24,000 nt of DNA from Vagococcus intermedius (GTDB lineage Bacteria > Bacillota > Bacilli > Lactobacillales > Vagococcaceae), in NCBI RefSeq assembly GCF_029144185.1, contig NZ_CP110232.1, positions 1,422,164 to 1,446,163 on the forward strand, given 5' to 3'. The notes below the pieces were generated by a model that did not search any database, was not told the origin of the DNA, and saw nothing but the letters and a program-made list of their open reading frames with translations. Of the stretch, positions 1-9,401 are shown in pieces. The first letter of the stretch is position 1. Every line of letters starts with the position of its first letter. Position numbers and translations under genes: made by a program.

Positions 1-76
1 AGTTGACTCACCTAAGCCTTGACGAGGTGAGTACTTTAAACGATTAAATACTACTAAAGAATTTGGGGGTCATTGG

Positions 77-1018
77 ATGAAAAAAAGTGAAGGCTATGCA
101 CATGGTAAGATTATTCTAATAGGTGAACACGCCGTAGTTTATGGTCAACCCTCAATTGCCCTGCCCTTCCCTGCTACCCAAATAAGAGCAACTATTACGC
201 CTAGTGAGATGAATAATCTTACAATTGAGTGCATGTTCTATAAAGGGTTATTAAACGACATGCCAGAGTTACTTGATAGTCTAAAAAAAGTGATTGAAGT
301 ATCTCTAAAACGGCTCAATCAACCAAATGCCTTTCTACATATAAAAATTGAAAGCACTATTCCTGCTGAACGCGGAATGGGATCTAGTGCTGCTGTTTCG
401 GTTGCCACAACACGAGCTCTTTTTGACTATTATAAGCAAAAATTAAGTCGTGAAGAATTACTTGATATCGTTAATATTGCTGAAATCATTGCTCACGGTA
501 ACCCTAGTGGCTTAGATGCTCTAATGACAAGTAGTTCTCAGCCTTATTATTTTATTAAAAATCAGACACCTGAACTTATTCAACCAAATTTAGATGCTGT
601 ACTAATAGTGGCTGATACTGGGGTCACCGGGCAAACTAAGAAAGTCGTCCAACAAATTGCGACTAAACTAAATCAAACTGATGGTAGCCACTATCAAGAA
701 ATGATGACAACAATTGGAGAACTCGTTAAAAAATCTCGTCTAGCTTTGACGCATAACCAAGCAGAGGAATTAGGAGCGTTATTAACTAACACCCATTCCT
801 TATTGTCCCAACTAGGAGCAACTAGCCCAGAGCTAGAACAGCTAGTTACCTGTGCCCTTGCTTCAGGCGCCTTAGGAGCAAAACTTACTGGCGGTGGTGG
901 CGGCGGCTGTATGATTGCTCTAGCCAAAAATACTACCGAGGCTAAACACATCGCCCAAAATTTAACACAAATAGGAGCCAAATCAACTTGGCTTTATGAA
1001 ATGAGTGACTTATCATGA
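77..1018 (+). CDS. mvk: mevalonate kinase
   Basis: 313 aa GHMP kinase: N-terminal GKIILIGEHAVVYGQPSIALP, ATP-binding PAERGMGSSAAVSVA, C-terminal KLTGGGGGGC; first gene of a mevalonate operon. Confidence 0.95.
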   Translation: MKKSEGYAHGKIILIGEHAVVYGQPSIALPFPATQIRATITPSEMNNLTIECMFYKGLLNDMPELLDSLKKVIEVSLKRLNQPNAFLHIKIESTIPAERGMGSSAAVSVATTRALFDYYKQKLSREELLDIVNIAEIIAHGNPSGLDALMTSSSQPYYFIKNQTPELIQPNLDAVLIVADTGVTGQTKKVVQQIATKLNQTDGSHYQEMMTTIGELVKKSRLALTHNQAEELGALLTNTHSLLSQLGATSPELEQLVTCALASGALGAKLTGGGGGGCMIALAKNTTEAKHIAQNLTQIGAKSTWLYEMSDLS

Positions 1019-1992
1019 CAAATTTTGCAAAAGCTAAAGCCCATACTAATATTGCCCTAATTAAATATTGGGGCAAACGAGATGAACAATTATTTTTACC
1101 AATGAATAGTAGTCTCTCTTTAACCTTAGATGCTTTTTATACAGAGACCGAAGTGTTATTGGATGATAATTTAGAAAGTGATCAGTTCATATTAAATAAT
1201 GACATTCAGTCCCTAACGGAAACAAAAAAAATAACTGACTTCCTTAACCTGTTTAGAAAACAAGCTGGCATTACAACCCCAGCTAAAGTAACAAGCCAAA
1301 ATTTTGTCCCAACAGCTGCTGGCTTAGCTTCTTCTGCCTCAGCTTTTGCTGCCTTAGGATGTGCTATGAATCAAGTTACAAACTTAAATATGGATAAAAG
1401 TACACTATCAACTTATGTTCGCCGTGGTAGTGGTAGTGCTACTCGCAGCTTATTTGGAGGTTTTGTTGAATGGCAAATGGGGACGTGTTCGGAAGATAGC
1501 TTAGCTACTCCCGTAGATGATGCAAACTGGGATATTGGGATGATAACCGTGGCTGTTAATACTCAGAAAAAAACTGTTTCAAGTCGCAAAGGCATGAAAT
1601 TAACCGTTGAAACCTCTAATTTTTATCCTGCATGGCTTGAAAGTGCCGCAACGGATTTAGTTGCCATTAAAACAGCGATTAAACAGCAAGATTTTGAACA
1701 AGTCGGGCTAATTACCGAATCTAATGGGATGAAAATGCACGGCACAATGCTTGGTGCAACGCCTCCTTTTAGTTATTGGGAACCACGTACCTTAGAAGTT
1801 CTAACAAAAGTGCGACAATTACGTGGACAAGGGTGGCAGTGTTACTTTACAATGGACGCGGGACCTAATGTTAAAATATTATGTCGTTACTCAGATTCTC
1901 AAAAACTACAAAAATTTTTACAAGATGCCTTCCCTGATAACCCTGTTATCATTTCAAAAGTCGGCAGTGGTGTCGAATTGTTAGCTAAATAA
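1015..1992 (+). CDS. mvaD: diphosphomevalonate decarboxylase
   Basis: 325 aa; motifs AHTNIALIKYWGKRD and LASSASAFAALGCAMN, RRGSGSATRSLFGGFVEW; overlaps the mvk stop by 4 nt (ATGA). Confidence 0.95.
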   Translation: MTNFAKAKAHTNIALIKYWGKRDEQLFLPMNSSLSLTLDAFYTETEVLLDDNLESDQFILNNDIQSLTETKKITDFLNLFRKQAGITTPAKVTSQNFVPTAAGLASSASAFAALGCAMNQVTNLNMDKSTLSTYVRRGSGSATRSLFGGFVEWQMGTCSEDSLATPVDDANWDIGMITVAVNTQKKTVSSRKGMKLTVETSNFYPAWLESAATDLVAIKTAIKQQDFEQVGLITESNGMKMHGTMLGATPPFSYWEPRTLEVLTKVRQLRGQGWQCYFTMDAGPNVKILCRYSDSQKLQKFLQDAFPDNPVIISKVGSGVELLAK

Positions 1993-2017
1993 TTCGATAA
2001 TAGAAAGGACGAAGAAA

Positions 2018-3109
2018 ATGATAGAAGCCAGTGCGCCGGGAAAACTATATATAGCAGGTGAATATGCTGTACTTGAACCTGGTCATCCAGCGATTTTGGT
2101 CGCATTAGATCAATTTATTACTGTAAAACTAAAAGAAGCTAAAAATCAAGGCAGCATTTGTTCAAGTTACTCCAACGGTTTGACTATTCCTTGGACTCGT
2201 AAAGATGGACAATTTTATATCGATGAACGTGAAAATCCTTTTACCTATGTCATTCAATCTGTTACGACGACTGAAAGTTATTTACAGGAACTTGGAAAAG
2301 ACCTAACCTTCTTTGATTTAGAAATTGAAAGTGACCTTGATAACAAAGATGGTCGTAAATATGGATTAGGTTCAAGCGGTGCGGTCACAGTTGCAACAAT
2401 CAAAGCGTTACTAACTTTTCACAATGTTACATTTGATGCTGAGCTGGTCTATAAACTTGCTGCGCTTACTCATTTGACTATTAAAAGTAATGGCTCCTTT
2501 GGTGATTTAGCTGCTAGTTCTTTTGGTGGATGGTTAGCCTATTCATGTTTTGATCGCGAGTGGGTACAAAAAAATAGAGAGACTCATTCGCTAAAAGCTT
2601 TACTAGAAATGACTTGGCCTAAACTGATGATTGAGCCCCTAACCCCACCTGACAATTTAAATTTATTAATAGGTTGGACAGGTAGCCCTGCTTCAACTAC
2701 TCATTTAGTTGATTTATTAAATGAAGAAATTAGCGATATTGACCATTACTATCCTATTTTCTTAAAAAATAGTTTTGACTGTGTCTCGACAATCATTTCA
2801 GCATTTAAACAGCATGACTTTGCTGCTATTCAACGAGGTATTCGTCAAAATAGAACGCTTTTACAACACTTAGGAGCTAATAGTGGCGTTCATATTGAAA
2901 CAGCTACGCTATTTGACTTATGTGAAGTAGCTGAGGATTATCATGGTGCCGCTAAATCTTCTGGTGCTGGTGGCGGAGATTGTGGCGTGGTCATCATCGA
3001 TAAGTCAATTGATACGACACCGCTCATTGAAGAATGGAAACAAGCGGATATTTGTCAATTAGATTTAACTGTTCATTATGAAGTACTTAGAAATGCTTGT
3101 CTTAAATAA
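2018..3109 (+). CDS. mvaK2: phosphomevalonate kinase
   Basis: 363 aa GHMP kinase; APGKLYIAGEYAVLEPGHPAILVALD, GLGSSGAVTVATIKALL, AKSSGAGGGDCG; operon context. Confidence 0.93.
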   Translation: MIEASAPGKLYIAGEYAVLEPGHPAILVALDQFITVKLKEAKNQGSICSSYSNGLTIPWTRKDGQFYIDERENPFTYVIQSVTTTESYLQELGKDLTFFDLEIESDLDNKDGRKYGLGSSGAVTVATIKALLTFHNVTFDAELVYKLAALTHLTIKSNGSFGDLAASSFGGWLAYSCFDREWVQKNRETHSLKALLEMTWPKLMIEPLTPPDNLNLLIGWTGSPASTTHLVDLLNEEISDIDHYYPIFLKNSFDCVSTIISAFKQHDFAAIQRGIRQNRTLLQHLGANSGVHIETATLFDLCEVAEDYHGAAKSSGAGGGDCGVVIIDKSIDTTPLIEEWKQADICQLDLTVHYEVLRNACLK

Positions 3110-3136
3110 TTTTTACTCATATTAGGAGGCCAATAG

Positions 3137-4198
3137 ATGTCTATTCAACAACATCGCAAAGATGAGCATGTCTCTCTTGCTACACAACAATATATCGACC
3201 AACCAGAGACTGATTTTGATGCAATCTCATTTGTTCATCACTCGCTACCCAATATCGATGTTTCAGAAGTCTCTCTTGCTACTGAGTTTGCGGATATGGA
3301 TTTTGATGTCCCAATTTATATAAATGGTATGACTGGTGGTAGTCCTAAAACCGCTAAAATTAATGAAGAACTCGCTATTGTTGCTAGAGAAACTGGACTA
3401 GCTATGGCTGCCGGTTCTGTTAGTGCTGCATTAAAACACTCTGATGTAGCAGAAAGTTATACTATAATTCGCAAAATGAATCCTAACGGTAAAATTTTTG
3501 CGAACTTAGGAGCTGAACATTCAGTTGAAAATGGGAAAAGAGCGGTTGATTTATTGCAAGCAGATGCCTTGCAAATTCATGTCAACGTTCCTCAAGAATT
3601 GATCATGCCTGAAGGTGAGCGTCGGTTCGCTACATGGTTAAGTTCGATTGAAAATATGGTCAGCCAAGTTGGTGTCCCTGTAATTGTCAAAGAAGTTGGT
3701 TTTGGGATGAGTCGTAAAACCATTCAACAACTTTTAAATATTGGCGTTAAAACAATTGATATTAGTGGTCGCGGAGGGACTAATTTTGCTGCTATCGAAA
3801 ATTCACGACGTAAGCACCATGATTTTTACTTTGCAGAAAATTGGGGACAGTCTACCCCAATTTCGCTAATTGAGGCCTATAATCAATCTGGTGCTTGTGA
3901 TATTCTAGCTTCTGGAGGTATTAGAACCTCTCTAGATATGATTAAAGCTTTTGCTTTAGGTGCCCATGCTTGTGGGTTATCTGGACAATTTTTACATCTG
4001 ATCCAAGAAGAAGGTGTTGATGAAACCATTATGACTGTCAACCGTTGGGAAGAACAATTAAAAATTATTATGACCTTACTTGGAGCTAAACGCTTAACTG
4101 AATTAAAGAAAACAGATGTGATTTTACGTGATCCAATTAAAACCTGGTGTGAAGCTCGTCATATCGATTGGACTCACTTTGCTAATCGTTCCAAATAA
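3137..4198 (+). CDS. fni: type 2 isopentenyl-diphosphate delta-isomerase
   Basis: 353 aa; RKDEHVSLA, NGMTGGSPKTAKIN, DISGRGGTNFAAIE; ends the mevalonate operon; AGGAGG RBS upstream. Confidence 0.95.
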   Translation: MSIQQHRKDEHVSLATQQYIDQPETDFDAISFVHHSLPNIDVSEVSLATEFADMDFDVPIYINGMTGGSPKTAKINEELAIVARETGLAMAAGSVSAALKHSDVAESYTIIRKMNPNGKIFANLGAEHSVENGKRAVDLLQADALQIHVNVPQELIMPEGERRFATWLSSIENMVSQVGVPVIVKEVGFGMSRKTIQQLLNIGVKTIDISGRGGTNFAAIENSRRKHHDFYFAENWGQSTPISLIEAYNQSGACDILASGGIRTSLDMIKAFALGAHACGLSGQFLHLIQEEGVDETIMTVNRWEEQLKIIMTLLGAKRLTELKKTDVILRDPIKTWCEARHIDWTHFANRSK

Positions 4199-4201
4199 AT
4201 A

Positions 4202-4233
4202 AAAAAGCTCAGAGACTCATCTCCGAGCTTTTT
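4202..4233. terminator. bidirectional intrinsic terminator between fni (+) and the GDPD gene (-)
   Basis: AAAAGCTC-A-GAGA-CTCA-TCTC-C-GAGCTTTTTT hairpin between convergent genes. Confidence 0.85.
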
Positions 4234-5006
4234 TATTTTTCTAACAAGAATAAAACTCTATTTAAAAAAGTCTCTGTCTCTTCACGACTCTCTCTAAATT
4301 CGACTCCTCGATCAGGATGGTTACTGATGATACCATCTACATCTAATCTCAAGTAATGCTTTAAGAGCTCATCTTTATTAACAGTCCATACAAATAGCCC
4401 TTTTTTCAGTTCTTTTGCTTCTTCTAATAAGTTCTCTGTCACTGAAAATTCCTCTAATACATAAAAATTATGCAACGTATCTGGTAAATGACCAAAGTTT
4501 AGTGGAATAATATAACCAGTTTTTAAACGCGGTTCTTTGATTTTTAATTCATCTAATATTGGTTTATCTAATGATTGTACCGAAAACCAACTTAAAACTT
4601 GCTTGTCTTTTAATACTTTTATTAAGTTATCACACATGTCTTCTGATTCATAGCCATGTGGTTTCACTTCAATTAATAATTTCATATTCAGTGATTTGGC
4701 CTCGTCAATATATTCTTTCAACGATGGAATACGATCAGTAAAACCGTTCTGAACTATTTTGACTGTTTGTAATTCTTTTAGTGTCATATTTCGCACCTCT
4801 TGATCCAGGCCGGCTAAACGTTTTAAATTATAATCATGCATCACAACGAATTGACCATCTTTGGTTTCTTGAATATCCATCTCAACCATATCAGCTCCTA
4901 CCTCAGCAGCTGCTCTAAGTGATCCTAATGAATTTTCAACCCCTTTTTCCATAAAACCTCGATGAGCAACAATCGTTGTTTGAGGTTGATAAACAACTGT
5001 TATCAC
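4233..5006 (-). CDS. glycerophosphodiester phosphodiesterase catalytic domain (probably the C-terminal part of a split gene)
   Basis: IVAHRGFMEKGVENSLGSLRAAAEVGADMVEMDIQETKDGQFVVMHD; the same frame continues upstream of the GTG through a hydrophobic segment to the end of ORF 5063..6016. Confidence 0.85.
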   Translation of the reverse strand: MITVVYQPQTTIVAHRGFMEKGVENSLGSLRAAAEVGADMVEMDIQETKDGQFVVMHDYNLKRLAGLDQEVRNMTLKELQTVKIVQNGFTDRIPSLKEYIDEAKSLNMKLLIEVKPHGYESEDMCDNLIKVLKDKQVLSWFSVQSLDKPILDELKIKEPRLKTGYIIPLNFGHLPDTLHNFYVLEEFSVTENLLEEAKELKKGLFVWTVNKDELLKHYLRLDVDGIISNHPDRGVEFRESREETETFLNRVLFLLEK

Positions 5007-5062
5007 GGACCAACTATTAAATCCAATGAGACCTCCTAAAATAAGGATGGCACTTATTGTTT

Positions 5063-6016
5063 TCAGCTTTTTTTTCTTAATTGCTTCATAAAAAGATTGC
5101 TGATTTTTTTTAGTGGCACACTAAAAGGCGTTATCTCTTCTCTTGTTGTCTCCACTACACCATTTGCAAGTAAAGGTTGCAATAAACCTCCCACGAAAAA
5201 AAGAACTAATTGAATTCCTGTAATGACTATTCCTGCTACTATTGGAGAAAGTTTTGGCATAATGAAATCAGTCAACATTAAAGGCAGTGTCATCATAAAT
5301 ATCGTGCCTGCTAACGTTGCTCCGATTAATAAAATAAGCGTGCCAATAATACAAACATTCCGCCAAAGTCTTCCTTTGGAAAATTCCCAACTCTCTTTAA
5401 TCGCTGATAAAATAGTTTGAGAAGGAGTAATAACAAAAAAATAAATAACATAGAGCAGTCTAAAAGATAAATATAAAATAAATATCCCAGCTAAACTAAT
5501 GAGGATAGAACCAACTAACGTCATAGACAGCTCATCCACAATAAAATCAGGTATTTTAATAGTTTCTAATAAATCTGATTGAAATCCTAGCGACACTAAA
5601 GGCAATATTAATAAGAAATAGCCTAAAAATAAGACTAGATGACTACTAAAAAAATATTTAATTTTTTTATTTAATTTTTTGAAATTCTCTTTATAGTTTG
5701 CTTTATACCCTTTCAGATGACTATCTGCCATTAAAAAATAATAGCCTAATTCATAAAAAATTGCGTATGTAAAAATTAGTAGCCATAGTAAGCCTAATAT
5801 CAGTGCGCTAGGAGTGTGTAATAACGTCATAATAGTCTCATCTGTTAGTCCGACAATTTTAGCTCTTTGCAGCATTAAAATGAAAATTCCTGATAAAATC
5901 GGTAATATTATAATTGTTTTTAAACCTTGTAAAAAAAGCATACTTTTAAAATAATCTTGCCAATAAAAACGAACTCTTTTAATACTATTCGTTATTTTAA
6001 TCCATATTTTATTCAT
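5063..6016 (-). CDS. glycerophosphodiester phosphodiesterase N-terminal membrane domain (probably the N-terminal part of the same gene)
   Basis: 317 aa polytopic membrane protein resembling the GDPD membrane domain; directly upstream of the GDPD catalytic ORF; ends within an A8 tract. Confidence 0.75.
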   Translation of the reverse strand: MNKIWIKITNSIKRVRFYWQDYFKSMLFLQGLKTIIILPILSGIFILMLQRAKIVGLTDETIMTLLHTPSALILGLLWLLIFTYAIFYELGYYFLMADSHLKGYKANYKENFKKLNKKIKYFFSSHLVLFLGYFLLILPLVSLGFQSDLLETIKIPDFIVDELSMTLVGSILISLAGIFILYLSFRLLYVIYFFVITPSQTILSAIKESWEFSKGRLWRNVCIIGTLILLIGATLAGTIFMMTLPLMLTDFIMPKLSPIVAGIVITGIQLVLFFVGGLLQPLLANGVVETTREEITPFSVPLKKISNLFMKQLRKKS

Positions 6017-6139
6017 CTAAATCCTCCCTCTCTATTAATATGTCTTCCTTCTTATTATAGTGAATAAATAACAAAACTACTAATTAATCACCTTATTTAA
6101 TAAAAAATAAAAATTTAATACGTTACTGATTACTAATTT

Positions 6140-6187
6140 TTAATAAAAAAGACATTGAATCATATGATTCAATGTCTTTTTTATTAA
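6140..6187. terminator. perfect 48-nt palindrome, likely terminator of marR
   Basis: TAATAAAAAAGACATTGAATCAT/ATGATTCAATGTCTTTTTTATTA with T run; just downstream of the minus-strand marR stop. Confidence 0.8.
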
Positions 6188-6199
6188 TCTTTACTAGTA

Positions 6200-6637
6200 T
6201 TAATGGCTTCTTTTATTATCATCAATTTTTTTAATAACTTCTAAAACTCCCATAAAACGGATCTGTTCTTCGGAAGATAGTTGTGAATAATCATCTATAA
6301 TAATTTTTTCATATTTATTGTAGAGCTCTTGGGCAAGTTTTTGGCCTTTCTCAGTAAAAGAAATATAATAAAGGCGGCGATCATCTGAAGATTGCTCACG
6401 TTGGATAATACCCTCGTTCATCAACCTTTTTAAAATACGGCTAGTGTAGCCTTTATCTAAATCTAATTCGCTTTCAATATTTTTCGCCGGCATACGACCT
6501 TGTTCCCACAATTCAAAAATAATACGTAATTCATTGAAATTAAATGAATCGTTTGCCATTTCTTTTTCTAAAAAAGTCAGGTAATTCAAAAAGGACTTTA
6601 TGAAAGCATTAACTGTATGGGCATCTGCTTTAATCAT
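6200..6637 (-). CDS. MarR-family transcriptional regulator
   Basis: 145 aa; LDKGYTSRILKRLMNEGIIQREQSSDDRRLYYISFTEKGQ winged-helix motif. Confidence 0.9.
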   Translation of the reverse strand: MIKADAHTVNAFIKSFLNYLTFLEKEMANDSFNFNELRIIFELWEQGRMPAKNIESELDLDKGYTSRILKRLMNEGIIQREQSSDDRRLYYISFTEKGQKLAQELYNKYEKIIIDDYSQLSSEEQIRFMGVLEVIKKIDDNKRSH

Positions 6638-6806
6638 TCTTTATAACCTCCTAATACCTTTATATTTCTATAATACTTTTATTTTGAATTAAGTACAAAT
6701 AATAACACCTAAAATCAGTAAAAATTATTGCTTAAGCAACTAATTTTAGTTGCCTAAATCATGCTAAAGTCTGATGAAACTGTAAAAGAAGCTTGCTATA
6801 ATAGTC

Positions 6807-7190
6807 TTGTATAAAAGAAAGGTGATTTTTATGGGATGTTTAGGAAATATAATTTGGTTCATTTTTGGTGGGTTTGTCCAGGGCCTATCATGGTGCTTAG
6901 CAGGTGTCCTTTGGTGTCTAACTATCATTGGCATTCCTGTTGGCTTACAATGCTTTAAATTCGCAAAAATTTCGTTTTTCCCATTTGGGAAAGAGATTTA
7001 TTACGGGGGTGGGACCGGTTCTTTTTTACTGAATCTAATTTGGTTAGTCATTTCAGGTATCCCACTAGCTTTAGTATCTTTAACAAGCGGTATTGTCCTT
7101 TGTTTGACAATTATTGGGATTCCCTTTGGTTTACAATCATTTAAAATGGCTCGGCTTGCCCTAATGCCTTTTGGCTCACGAGTTATCTAA
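6807..7190 (+). CDS. YccF domain-containing membrane protein
   Basis: 127 aa with duplicated LxxIxxxxxGxxxCLTIIGIPxGLQxFKxAxxxxxPFG motif, typical of the YccF family. Confidence 0.85.
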   Translation: MYKRKVIFMGCLGNIIWFIFGGFVQGLSWCLAGVLWCLTIIGIPVGLQCFKFAKISFFPFGKEIYYGGGTGSFLLNLIWLVISGIPLALVSLTSGIVLCLTIIGIPFGLQSFKMARLALMPFGSRVI

Positions 7191-7218
7191 AAGCTTAGCT
7201 TTGCTAAGCTTTTTTTTG
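7189..7218. terminator. intrinsic terminator
   Basis: AAAAGCTTAGC ttt GCTAAGCTTTTTTTTT hairpin between convergent yccF-like (+) and GNAT (-) genes. Confidence 0.8.
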
Positions 7219-7731
7219 AGTCCATTCACTAACTAATATCGCATAGTAATTTTCATCCCACCAACCATTATTTACCGGAATACACTGCTTAAATTCGCCT
7301 TCTAGCCTCATACCCAGTTGTCCCATCATTTTATTAGACCCTATATTTTCAGGTTGACAAGTAGCGATAATACGATGAATCCCTAATTCTTTAAAACCAT
7401 AGTCCATCAATGCCTCTGCTGATTCTGAAGCATAACCTTTTTTATGAAACTTAGGATTAAAGACCCAACCTATTTCGTAAGAATGATCTCCAAAAAAAGC
7501 GGTGAAATATAAGTGCCCTATTACTTGATTGGTTTCTTTTAAAACGACAGCATAGTATTCCTTTTTAGTCTCTTGCTTCTTTATGAAAGAAGCTACCTCC
7601 TCATACGTCATCACCTCTTCAGGTAAGTAATACATAGCTTCTTTATTTCCTAAAAAACCTAGGGCCTCCTCGCTATCTTCTTTTTGATAATCCCTAATAA
7701 TTAATCTTTCTGTTTGTAATAATAACTTCAT
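7204..7731 (-). CDS. GNAT-family (RimJ/RimL-like) N-acetyltransferase
   Basis: 175 aa; LQTERLIIRDYQKED, GWVFNPKFHKKGYASESAEALMDYGFKELGIHRIIATCQPENIGS. Confidence 0.9.
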   Translation of the reverse strand: MKLLLQTERLIIRDYQKEDSEEALGFLGNKEAMYYLPEEVMTYEEVASFIKKQETKKEYYAVVLKETNQVIGHLYFTAFFGDHSYEIGWVFNPKFHKKGYASESAEALMDYGFKELGIHRIIATCQPENIGSNKMMGQLGMRLEGEFKQCIPVNNGWWDENYYAILVSEWTQKKA

Positions 7732-7772
7732 GCATTCTACCTCTTTTCATTGGTATCGTCCCCCCTTTTTAA

Positions 7773-7786
7773 GGAAAGCGCTTTAA
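7773..7786. promoter_or_regulatory. candidate cre (CcpA-binding) site
   Basis: GGAAAGCGCTTTAA matches TGWAARCGYTWNCW at 12 of 14 positions; about 42 nt upstream of the GNAT start. Confidence 0.4.
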
Positions 7787-8009
7787 TTCGGATCGATGCC
7801 AAGCAACCAATAGTCTGCTTTGACTCTACCTGTTTTGTTATGTCTTGATAAAATTCTTCTTTTCTATCCATCACTAGTATAATCTGATATCGGATGATTA
7901 TCAAACATTCTTTATCGTCCCTTTACTAGCAAATAAAAAAAATAAATAAAAAGTCTAAAAACAACTATTAACTAACGCTATTTTTAGACTTTTATTAAAA
8001 TTGATATTA

Positions 8010-9401
8010 CTAATTTAATAACTTAACATTTTTTAAAATACGCTCTTCGTCACTATTTGTAACCACATCTAAAATATTCATGATAAATTTTAAATACTGT
8101 TTATTATCAAATTCGGTAATAAAATCGCTAATCAAATAAATAAATGTATCCTCATTTCTAAAATTAATACTATCAGGGTTATCAGTAATAATAACATTAG
8201 CTTCACTAATATCTGAAGTGACTTTTACTACATCAGGGTTGAAAACTTGTTCAATTGAATCAATAAATAACTGTGTAATAAAAATAGAATCTAAAAATTC
8301 CACATATATTTGAACAGATTCAACTGGTTTGCTTTTTTCTAAGGTCATGGTTATAAAGAAAAATAAGGTTTTAATTGTGGATTCTTTTAACTTAACTTGA
8401 TTGTCTCTAATTGAATTTCTATGACACATAAACTCATCATATTTTTCTGGCATAGACTCACTATAACTTGTTAACATCTTAAGATCCGCTTCTGTCATAA
8501 TAATATTATGGGGACTAACCTCAATAATAGTCACCATCCTAATCATTTCAATGAGAAAGAAACTCATCTGCTCAATTTTTACATAGTTATATTTCCCGTG
8601 ATAATATGCTATCAAATTATAACAAAACTCAACTAAGCTACCACCTTGTTGAATTAAACTGTAAGAAATACGATTTAAATCCTCTGGACTTTGCTTTTTA
8701 TTATACGTACTATCAAATAATTCATAAATAAGCTCTTTATCTGTACAAGGTTCATTTTTTTCACAAATTGTCATTAAGTATGGCCGTAAGTATTCTATGA
8801 CATAATCATCAATCTCATTATTCATAAATTGACTAAACGTAATATGATGCGCTGATGGGAAATATTTACAAAATTGAAAAGTCAACGCAATAATTTTATT
8901 GGCTTCACCAAAAAATTTAACGGCTTTTTTATCAATTTCAATTGTTACACCAAATAACTCTTCAGATGTCTTATTAAAATTGCCAATTAATTTATAAATA
9001 TAACTTGTTGAAATATTTAAATCATATACAACATTTTCCACACTTGATTCTTCATTGATAATAAGATATTTTACTAAATGAAAAATATTTGATTGGTCTA
9101 AGAGATATTTTTTATAACTATACAAAATAATTCTTTTATAGTACGATTTTAAGGGCTCTATGTTGGTATTTTCGGCCATAGAATAAATATTTTTATTTGC
9201 TAGACTAAGACGCTCATCTGTAAAGGTATATGTTAAATTGTTATTCACCTTTAACGGAATATCACATATTGCTAATTCGTCATTGATTGCTTTGATTCTA
9301 TGGGGTAGATTATCTAACTCATGACCTTTAACAGGATTTAATACCTGATTTAAAATAGCATACTTCTCTTGCTGTGCATTATTCAAAAAAATTCTTAACA
9401 A
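8010..9401 (-). CDS. Mga/AtxA-like (PRD-type) transcriptional regulator
   Basis: Track ORF is 8010..9518, but AGGAGG followed 7 nt later by an in-frame TTG supports a start at 9401 (MLRIFLNNAQQEKYAILNQVL...). Mga-like HTH (SSVENVVYDLNISTSYIYKLIGNFNK) and overall layout. Confidence 0.7.
   Translation of the reverse strand: MLRIFLNNAQQEKYAILNQVLNPVKGHELDNLPHRIKAINDELAICDIPLKVNNNLTYTFTDERLSLANKNIYSMAENTNIEPLKSYYKRIILYSYKKYLLDQSNIFHLVKYLIINEESSVENVVYDLNISTSYIYKLIGNFNKTSEELFGVTIEIDKKAVKFFGEANKIIALTFQFCKYFPSAHHITFSQFMNNEIDDYVIEYLRPYLMTICEKNEPCTDKELIYELFDSTYNKKQSPEDLNRISYSLIQQGGSLVEFCYNLIAYYHGKYNYVKIEQMSFFLIEMIRMVTIIEVSPHNIIMTEADLKMLTSYSESMPEKYDEFMCHRNSIRDNQVKLKESTIKTLFFFITMTLEKSKPVESVQIYVEFLDSIFITQLFIDSIEQVFNPDVVKVTSDISEANVIITDNPDSINFRNEDTFIYLISDFITEFDNKQYLKFIMNILDVVTNSDEERILKNVKLLN

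Noticed and set aside
694-981. Minus-strand ORF with PPPPPPP run
   Set aside because: Antisense to mvk; the proline run is the complement of the kinase glycine-rich motif.
1899-2105. Minus-strand 68-aa ORF across the mvaD/mvaK2 junction
   Set aside because: Antisense to well-supported genes, with no RBS or homology signal.
4559-4741. Plus-strand 60-aa ORF antisense to the GDPD gene
   Set aside because: Entirely within a recognisable conserved domain on the other strand.
5223-5420. Plus-strand 65-aa ORF antisense to the GDPD membrane domain
   Set aside because: Overlaps a membrane-domain CDS, and its composition is explained by the complement of hydrophobic codons.
6140-6187. 48-nt perfect palindrome as a novel element
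   Set aside because: Its position after marR and flanking A/T tracts fit an ordinary rho-independent terminator.
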